The translations under genes and the position numbers were made by a program. The notes below the pieces were generated by a model. It did not search any database and had not been told where the DNA came from. It worked only from the letters and a program-made list of their open reading frames with translations. A stretch of DNA of 64,000 nt from Oligoflexales bacterium (lineage in GTDB: Bacteria > Bdellovibrionota_B > Oligoflexia > Oligoflexales > RGVZ01): contig JBIIGV010000001.1 in the NCBI GenBank assembly GCA_044236265.1, positions 1-64,000 of the forward strand. Reading direction: 5' to 3'. Below, piece after piece: positions 57,520 through 64,000 of the stretch; position 1 is the stretch's first letter, and each line of letters starts with the position of its first letter.

Positions 57520-59217
57520 TCAACTACCTAGAGCAATTAATAGAGAAAGTGTTGTTTTTGCGTCATTTGGATTTTCGCAGTTTCGCTGAAAACAGCGCTG
57601 AAGGTCAACCGTGTCTATTTTCCCGCGGGTTAGTGCACGACAGATGGGCTCTGCAACAAGTTGTGCGAGATTTCGGGCTAATTCGTGATTAGATTCAAAG
57701 TTTGTTGTGATGAACTCGCGCGGAATACGCTTTAAGTTTTTAAGATCGTGGGCTTTTAGCGACCAGTGCTCTTTGATCCAGTCGAAAAGCTTAAGGGTGG
57801 CCTGGACCGTTCGTCGTCGCTCGCGCATGGAGCCGATCAGTCGTCTTCCTTTTGCCGAAAGGAGGTAGGATTCCAGCTGTCTGGTCGTGTGCATGGGCAG
57901 TCGCGGATTCAAGATCTTATTCGCAATATAGCCGAAAGTGAACTTTAGACAGTGAGTGACGAATAGTGACTCGTCATTTTCAAAATCTTCATTAAGCTTT
58001 GCCAAAGATCCAAATAGTATCTGCCCGGCCGCTGCGGCCAAGTTGTTAATTGTAACGTCCTGCATATAAACCAAATTCGATGCATAGCTTACGCTATAGC
58101 CCTCAATACTCGCCTCAGACAGCATAAGATTACTAGCGGGCTCATTTAATCCAGCCAGGTCGTCGTCTATGTTTCCATGCATGATGTGAAATTGTTCAGA
58201 CGGCTTGTTTGCAGATTTTAGCTTAAAAAATTCCGACAGCTGCTTTTGAATATGATCGAGGTGGTAGTCGAGGTCTAGCATGTCTTCGTTATAAAGCATG
58301 GTGTCATCGTCTTCCCACGTATCGAGATCGGCTTCGACGTCATCTGGAGCGATGGCATCTTCAAGATACTTGATTGGTCCAAGGCGACGGATCTCTTCCC
58401 AAAGTGATTGGGACTGCCATTTAATCCATGGCGGGGAATTTATGACACAGAAGTCACGCATACCAAGGCTTAAATACTCGTCGCGATGGTGAATCTTATC
58501 AGGATCAAGCCCAAAGTAATACTTGTCGACATTGGAAAAGACGCGGACAGTCTTCTGCCCAGCCTCGGCAGACTTTTTTGCTATGGCCTCTGGCAAGTGG
58601 GTGTCGGCTAAGTGGAATTCCCCGATCATGCAAAAGATTTTGCTACTGGCATTTTTTGATGCGTGCTCAATAATGAGTGAGGCAGCGTGATCGTCCCGGG
58701 TTGCAAGAGAATCCTTGCCGCCTCGCTTGGTGTTGATGCCGATAATTTTCAAATTTTGATATTTACAAATTTCAAGGATCGGACGGTAGTTGTTCCAGGG
58801 AAATCCCCAAGTGTGATCGTAATCTATGGCCTCAAGAAGTTCATGATCCGAAATTTTTCCCGTAAGCCAATCGTCAATTAAGTACTGGTCTTCGGTGCGA
58901 AACATTTCCATGAATACGATGACAGGACCGTGATCAGGACGATTGAGATACATGCGGAGTATGCGAAGGAAGGCCCTTTGGCTTTGCTTATGACTATGAA
59001 AATCGCCAAACAGAACAATTTGCTGGGCGTCGATAGCCTCGAGAAGTTTGCGCGCTGGGATGCTTGTGGCTTTGGGGGGCAAGCTTTCGTTGAAAGCGAC
59101 TTGGTAGCCTGATATGGACTCGTTATCAACGCCGGCGCTTTCGCGCGCTTCTTCAAGCGCACGTTGGTACATCGATTTTTGCAGTTTTAATAACTGTTGT
59201 TTTGCCGATGACGCCAC
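57520..59217 (-). CDS. ChaN/Tiki-superfamily-like protein with long acidic C-terminal extension
   Basis: VLFGDFH, MEMF, WGFPWNNYRP, RDDHAA, IGEFHL; no signal peptide; GTG start. Confidence 0.65.
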   Translation of the reverse strand: MASSAKQQLLKLQKSMYQRALEEARESAGVDNESISGYQVAFNESLPPKATSIPARKLLEAIDAQQIVLFGDFHSHKQSQRAFLRILRMYLNRPDHGPVIVFMEMFRTEDQYLIDDWLTGKISDHELLEAIDYDHTWGFPWNNYRPILEICKYQNLKIIGINTKRGGKDSLATRDDHAASLIIEHASKNASSKIFCMIGEFHLADTHLPEAIAKKSAEAGQKTVRVFSNVDKYYFGLDPDKIHHRDEYLSLGMRDFCVINSPPWIKWQSQSLWEEIRRLGPIKYLEDAIAPDDVEADLDTWEDDDTMLYNEDMLDLDYHLDHIQKQLSEFFKLKSANKPSEQFHIMHGNIDDDLAGLNEPASNLMLSEASIEGYSVSYASNLVYMQDVTINNLAAAAGQILFGSLAKLNEDFENDESLFVTHCLKFTFGYIANKILNPRLPMHTTRQLESYLLSAKGRRLIGSMRERRRTVQATLKLFDWIKEHWSLKAHDLKNLKRIPREFITTNFESNHELARNLAQLVAEPICRALTRGKIDTVDLQRCFQRNCENPNDAKTTLSLLIALGS

Positions 59218-59442
59218 GCGTTGGTCTCACCTTGGTGCTTGGGTTTTTTCACGAGAGAGTCCCCTACTTTAAATGCTATCAGTGGCTTACTGGGTCCCTA
59301 GTAGGCAGAAACGACCCATCATCGCCGGGGGTGTCCCGATTTCGGACATATGGCCGTCCGTATTGCGGTCAAAGTTTTTGTCGTCAACAAAGATCGATAA
59401 AATTATGCAAATAATTTCTGGGCCTTCTTGAAGTGCGTGCTT

Positions 59443-59458
59443 TGGCAGACGCCTTGCA
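59443..59458 (+). promoter_or_regulatory. Putative sigma54 -24/-12 promoter
   Basis: TGGCAGACGCCTTGCA matches TGGCACG-N4-TTGCW with exact GG/GC spacing, about 39 nt before ATG 59497. Confidence 0.65.
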
Positions 59459-59496
59459 TTGATGAGTCAAAATGGCGCATTAATGAGGTGATTAGG

Positions 59497-59925
59497 ATGG
59501 CGGAGCTACATGCTTTGGAGTCGGCGTTGGTCTACATCGAACAACACTACATGGAACAGATGACCCTGGATGACCTGATCCGTGTGAGCGGGGTTTCAAA
59601 ATACAGCTTAAATAGGCTATTCAAGAAAAGATTTCAGATGTCGCCCAAGAGGTGGATCTGGATTTTTCGCGTGGCTGTGGCCAAGCAAGTTTTTTCCTGC
59701 TGGCCTGACCTTGCTTGTAGGGATGTTGCATTTGCTTGTGGTTTCGAGACGCCCGCGCACTTCTCGCGTGTATTTCGGGCAATCGTGGGGGAAACGCCCC
59801 AGGATTATAAGAACAAACTAGCGGAGGAAAAGAATAGCGATCTTGATGATCAGGCAGCCATCACCCCTTTCGCGAGACGAGCGTTTTTGAATCAAGAGCT
59901 AGGCGTTGTCGAAGGATTTAACTGA
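59497..59925 (+). CDS. Stand-alone AraC-family HTH regulator
   Basis: GAGGTG RBS; YIEQHY...TLDDL...SKYSLNRLFKK; VAFACGFETPAHFSRVFR...TPQDYK; no ligand-binding domain. Confidence 0.88.
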   Translation: MAELHALESALVYIEQHYMEQMTLDDLIRVSGVSKYSLNRLFKKRFQMSPKRWIWIFRVAVAKQVFSCWPDLACRDVAFACGFETPAHFSRVFRAIVGETPQDYKNKLAEEKNSDLDDQAAITPFARRAFLNQELGVVEGFN

Positions 59926-61461
59926 TCAAACGTCGCTGTCGGCAAATATTTGCACTGCTTTAACGGCCTTGAGCCATCCCGATTTGATTTTGTCGATATT
60001 TGATTTCTCTGCGGGATTCGATGTTGGTTTGAAAACCATTTCAGATGAACGTGCCGCTGCGAGATCTCCTAAATTTTTGTAGATACCGATTCCAAGTCCT
60101 GCAAATAAACCTGCACCGATTGCAGTTGATTCGATATCCTTTGGACGATCAACAGGGACATCCAGAAGATCGGCTTGTAACTGCATGAGAAATCCATTGG
60201 CTGCAGCTCCACCGTCAGCCCTAAGAACTTTCAAGTCTTTGCCCAGCAATGACTTCATTGCATTGGCTAGGTCGGTGACTTGAAGAGCAATTCCTTCAAG
60301 TGAAGCACGGACAATATCATTTTTGGTTGTTCCGCGGTGCATTCCAAGAAATGCGCCACGTGCCAACGGATTCCACCAAGGAGCACTTAAACCTGCAAGC
60401 GCAGGAACAAAATATAAATTAGGAGCTGCAGATCCCTTTAATGCTAGACGCTCTGAATCCGAAGACTTTTCAAGAAAATTAAATTGATCACGAATGAACT
60501 GCACCGCTGCTCCCGCAATAAAAGATGAACCCTCGAGAGCGTAGGTCAATTGCCCATTAATGTTCCAGGCCACTGTTGTGAGAAGTCCATTGCCAGCTGA
60601 TGGTGCCTTTTGTCCGCTATTGAGCAACAGGAAAGCGCCGGTGCCGAACGTGCACTTAGCTTCTCCAATTTCAAAACATGCTTGACCTGCAAGTGCTGCT
60701 TGTTGATCGCCAAGAATGCCCGTAATGGGAATGCCGTCGGGAAGGAATCCGACATTTTTTGTCTGTCCAAAAAGCCCGGCACTTGGCTTAATTTCTGGAA
60801 GTACATCGGCTGATGGGATGCCAAAAAGCTTTAGCAATTCCTCATCCCAGCGATTTGTGTGGATATTATAAAGCATTGTGCGGCTAGCATTACTTGACTC
60901 AGTGACATGACTGGCACCGGCCGTTAGCTTGTGTGTCAGCCAGCACTCGATGGTTCCGATGACCGCTGTTCCGGAAGAGATTGCTTGCTTGACGTCTGGG
61001 CGATTTTGCATAAGCCAAGCAACCTTGCTTCCACTGAAGTAAGGATCCAAAAGTAAGCCCGTCTTTTCTCGAATCATTGGCTCGTGACCTTTGGCCTTTA
61101 GATCTCTGCAGATCTCGGTGCTTCTGCGGCACTGCCAAACAATAGCCTTGCAAATGGGACTTGAGCTTTTGCGGTCAAATACACAAATGGTTTCTCTTTG
61201 ATTTGAAATACCTATGGCGGCGACCCGCTTTAAGGCGTCGTTTCCGCCAAGTTGAGATGCAGCCTTTTCGACCGCTTTGCCAACAGATGCCCAGATTTCA
61301 TTAAGATCATGTTCGACCCAGCCGGCGGCGGGAAAATGTTGAGGGAAGTCGAAGGTTGCCTTGGCAGCCACCTTGGGTCGCCCCGGCTGCGAGACGTCGA
61401 GAATGAGAACTGTAGATCCGGTGGTTCCTTGATCGATTGATAGAAGAAGATCTTTTGACAT
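59926..61461 (-). CDS. glpK: Glycerol kinase
   Basis: SIDQGTTGS, GWVEHD, NQRET, IVWQCRR, DPYFSGSK, NASRT, GDQQAAL, KCTFGTG, ALEGS, DGG. Confidence 0.94.
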   Translation of the reverse strand: MSKDLLLSIDQGTTGSTVLILDVSQPGRPKVAAKATFDFPQHFPAAGWVEHDLNEIWASVGKAVEKAASQLGGNDALKRVAAIGISNQRETICVFDRKSSSPICKAIVWQCRRSTEICRDLKAKGHEPMIREKTGLLLDPYFSGSKVAWLMQNRPDVKQAISSGTAVIGTIECWLTHKLTAGASHVTESSNASRTMLYNIHTNRWDEELLKLFGIPSADVLPEIKPSAGLFGQTKNVGFLPDGIPITGILGDQQAALAGQACFEIGEAKCTFGTGAFLLLNSGQKAPSAGNGLLTTVAWNINGQLTYALEGSSFIAGAAVQFIRDQFNFLEKSSDSERLALKGSAAPNLYFVPALAGLSAPWWNPLARGAFLGMHRGTTKNDIVRASLEGIALQVTDLANAMKSLLGKDLKVLRADGGAAANGFLMQLQADLLDVPVDRPKDIESTAIGAGLFAGLGIGIYKNLGDLAAARSSEMVFKPTSNPAEKSNIDKIKSGWLKAVKAVQIFADSDV

Positions 61462-61538
61462 CTGCTGCTCCCAAACTTAGCCTTTAGCGAAGGAATTCGC
61501 CAATTTAGGACTCTGATGGTAGCACACCATAAGTTAAC

Positions 61539-61567
61539 TTGACCAGTCTGATGGCCTTTCCTATAGT
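61539..61567 (+). promoter_or_regulatory. Putative sigma70 promoter of fmt-purN-ispA (TTGACC-N17-TATAGT)
   Basis: 5/6 -35, 5/6 -10, 17-nt spacer, about 50 nt before fmt. Confidence 0.55.
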
Positions 61568-61616
61568 CGGGCGCGACTGAACCCAAACCCTCTGACTGAC
61601 GGGCGTTTAAACGCAT

Positions 61617-62594
61617 ATGATGCGCATTATTTTTATGGGCTCCCCGGAAGATGTCGTTTCTCCACTTAAGTATATGTGGGAACACGGGTCGGCATTGGGC
61701 TTTGAGTTGGTGGCCATTGTCAGTCAGCCTGCGCGTCCGGTTGGTCGCGGGGGGAAGATGCAAGATCCACCAGTGGCATCTTACGGTAAAGAGCACGGAA
61801 TTTTTTGTCTCCAGCCAGAAAGCGCACGCGCGCCCGAGTTTTTAACAGAGCTGAAAAGTCTTCATCCGGACGTCATTATTACGGCCGCCTACGGTCAAAT
61901 TCTTTCCGAGGAATTTTTGCAAATTCCGAAAATCGGAACTATTAATATTCACCCCAGTCGACTGCCCCAATATCGTGGGGCTACTCCTGTTCCAGCCGCA
62001 CTCCTCGATGGTCTGACCAATACTGCAGTTACGATACTGTTTACAGTTAAGAAACTTGATGCCGGCAACATTATTCTGCAAAAAGATTTTTCGATCAGCC
62101 CAGAGGAAACGGCAGGTTCTTTGACCAAACGGCTTTTCGCGGAAAGTGGCCCGATGCTGATCGAGGCGCTACAAACCTTGAAGCAAGATGCGATGTTTAA
62201 GGGTGTTCCCCAAAATGATGCAGAGGCGACTTTTTGTAAGAAAATAGAAAAAGAAATGGGAATGATTGATTGGACCCGCAATGCCGTGACGATTTTAAAT
62301 CAGTTTCGTGCCTTTGAGCCTTGGCCAGGCTCGTGGACGTTGTTGGGTGATAAGCGCGTTGCAATCACTGATATGGTGCTGACATCGACGGGGCTTTCCG
62401 AGACAGCTAAATTCGGCACGTTTCAATTCGATAAACCATCCAAGTCTCTTGTCGTTAAATGTAGTCAGGGTGCTGTTGCTGTAAGGCGTTTGAAGCCGGC
62501 CGGAGGCAAAGACATGGACGCAGCATCTTTTTGGAATGGACTGAAAGATAAGTCGCAGGTGGTCTTTCTAACGGATTCGGTGGTGCCATCTTAA
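61617..62594 (+). CDS. fmt: Methionyl-tRNA formyltransferase
   Basis: RIIFMGSP, SQPARPVGRG, AAYGQIL, NIHPSRLPQYRGATP, LDAG, PWPG. Confidence 0.94.
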   Translation: MMRIIFMGSPEDVVSPLKYMWEHGSALGFELVAIVSQPARPVGRGGKMQDPPVASYGKEHGIFCLQPESARAPEFLTELKSLHPDVIITAAYGQILSEEFLQIPKIGTINIHPSRLPQYRGATPVPAALLDGLTNTAVTILFTVKKLDAGNIILQKDFSISPEETAGSLTKRLFAESGPMLIEALQTLKQDAMFKGVPQNDAEATFCKKIEKEMGMIDWTRNAVTILNQFRAFEPWPGSWTLLGDKRVAITDMVLTSTGLSETAKFGTFQFDKPSKSLVVKCSQGAVAVRRLKPAGGKDMDAASFWNGLKDKSQVVFLTDSVVPS

Positions 62595-62604
62595 GGGTTT
62601 AAAC

Positions 62605-63249
62605 GTGAAGCAGTCTCAGGAGAAGAAAAAACTAAGGCTTGCAGTTGGCGTTTCCGGTGGGGGACGATCTCTGGTAAATCTTCTTCGTCAAGAATCTCAG
62701 CACAACTATGAAGTTGTTTTTGTATTCAGTTCGTCGCCGGGCGCTCGCGCCAATGAAGTTGCTCGTTCATCAGGGCTTCCGCTGCTCGTTGAGGACTTTG
62801 GATTGAAAAATCATCCCATCGCGAAACCTCGTCTTTATGAGCAACTGCGACAGCATGAAGTTGACTTGGTTGTTTTGGCAGGTTTTTTAAAGCTATTTCC
62901 AGTGGAACAAGCATGGGGTGGCCGCATTATAAATATTCACCCTGCCCTTTTGCCAAAGTTTGGTGGAAAGGGAATGCACGGCATAAACGTACATCAAGCT
63001 GTGTTGGGCGCCAAAGAAAATTGGTCTGGCGCAACAGTGCATTTTGTAAATGAGCGATATGATGAGGGTGAACTGATTTCTCAGGTAACTATTCCTGTGC
63101 AGGAAAACGACTCAGCGGATGCTCTTGCAGCTCGCGTTTTTGCCGCTGAATGTATGCTATTACCTTGGACAATTGATGGTCTTGCCTCCGGTGCGTTGCC
63201 TGCGACGTCGGTTGTCATGATGCCTACCGTTAAGGAGACGTTGATTTAA
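62605..63249 (+). CDS. purN: Phosphoribosylglycinamide formyltransferase
   Basis: VSGGGRSL, VVLAGFLKL, INIHPALLPKFGGKGMHG, SGATVHFV, YDEG. Confidence 0.9.
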   Translation: MKQSQEKKKLRLAVGVSGGGRSLVNLLRQESQHNYEVVFVFSSSPGARANEVARSSGLPLLVEDFGLKNHPIAKPRLYEQLRQHEVDLVVLAGFLKLFPVEQAWGGRIINIHPALLPKFGGKGMHGINVHQAVLGAKENWSGATVHFVNERYDEGELISQVTIPVQENDSADALAARVFAAECMLLPWTIDGLASGALPATSVVMMPTVKETLI

Positions 63250-63252
63250 ATC

Positions 63253-64000
63253 ATGCAAGCAGTCATTGATCCCTTGGATCTATTTTCAAATGTATATCAG
63301 CAATTTTTGGTGAGAGCGTGGCCAGATCAAACCTCTCGTTTGCACAAAGCCATCCAGTACTGTTTATCTGGTGACGGTAAAAGAGTTCGAGCGCAGTTAG
63401 CCATGCTGGTCTGTAAAGCGTACGGTAAAGATCCTCGTCTAGCAGTGACTGGGGCTATCGCCGTGGAGATGGTCCATGCCTATAGCCTGTCGCACGATGA
63501 TTTACCATGCATGGACAATGATGATTTTAGGAGGGGCAGACCCTCGCTGCACCGAGCTTTTGACGAGGCGACAGCGCTTTTGGCCGGTGACGCGATCTTG
63601 ACAGATGCTTTTCGGGTTTTGTCTGATAAAGAGTTTTTCCAAGAAAGCGATCTATTGACGACGGATCAAAGACTACGATCTGTTGCTGAATTGGCTCTTG
63701 CTGCCGGAGGCCACGGGATGGTTTACGGCCAGGATGCCGACATGTATTGGACCGGAAAAGGACACTACGATTTACAAACCTTGGAGAAAATTCACCGCGG
63801 CAAAACAGGCGCTCTCTTGGGCGCATCGGCAGCGATCGGGGCGATCGCTGGTGGAGCGAGCTCAGGTGAGGTCAGCCATTGGCGGGAGTTTGGCGTTATG
63901 ATTGGGCTTGCCTTCCAGGCTGTGGATGATCTTTTGGATGAGTCAAAATCTACTGGGAAATCAACAGGTAAAGACAAGGCGCAGGGTAAGCTTACGTATC
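63253..64000 (+). CDS. ispA: Polyprenyl (FPP/GGPP) synthase, IspA-like; runs off window end
   Basis: Not in the ORF track (no stop in window). ATG 63253: GKRVR, EMVHAYSLSHDDLPCMDNDDFRRG, GQDAD, KTG, FQAVDDLLD, TGKD. Confidence 0.9.
   Translation, partial: MQAVIDPLDLFSNVYQQFLVRAWPDQTSRLHKAIQYCLSGDGKRVRAQLAMLVCKAYGKDPRLAVTGAIAVEMVHAYSLSHDDLPCMDNDDFRRGRPSLHRAFDEATALLAGDAILTDAFRVLSDKEFFQESDLLTTDQRLRSVAELALAAGGHGMVYGQDADMYWTGKGHYDLQTLEKIHRGKTGALLGASAAIGAIAGGASSGEVSHWREFGVMIGLAFQAVDDLLDESKSTGKSTGKDKAQGKLTY

Noticed and set aside
59428..59496. TTG start giving a longer AraC protein
   Set aside because: The extension contains the sigma54 box, and a good RBS precedes ATG 59497.

Overview
Chromosomal, mostly housekeeping window of a Gram-negative bacterium. 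Gene order and protein style suggest Bdellovibrionota/Oligoflexia-like ancestry (inference only). It holds about 56 CDS, and I saw no rRNA, tRNA, CRISPR, prophage or IS elements. Core genes: alr, glmU-glmS-uvrD-ftsB-like, dapF, a two-component pair, an acpP-rpiB-glyA-nrdR-ribE...ribB(X)-ribH-nusB cluster, lpxH, prkA/yeaG-yeaH-spoVR, frameshifted prfB, flbD-motA-motB, glpK, fmt-purN-ispA. Most notable points: (1) a complete TolC-MacA-MacB exporter inserted in the riboflavin cluster and overlapping riboflavin synthase, beside a RibBX-type ribB with a non-FMN structured leader (candidate flavin-export module); (2) an orphan 2-aminophenol 1,6-dioxygenase (amnB/amnA) pair behind a long hairpin; (3) a GlmU lacking its acetyltransferase half; (4) a chemoreceptor whose signalling hairpin is flanked by CheZ-like motifs; (5) a histidine kinase that appears to need a non-canonical start codon; (6) several orphan Cys-repeat secreted proteins/lipoproteins, some sharing an N-terminal C-K...S-x-L motif. 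Family calls come from motifs I recognised by eye; no database search was run.
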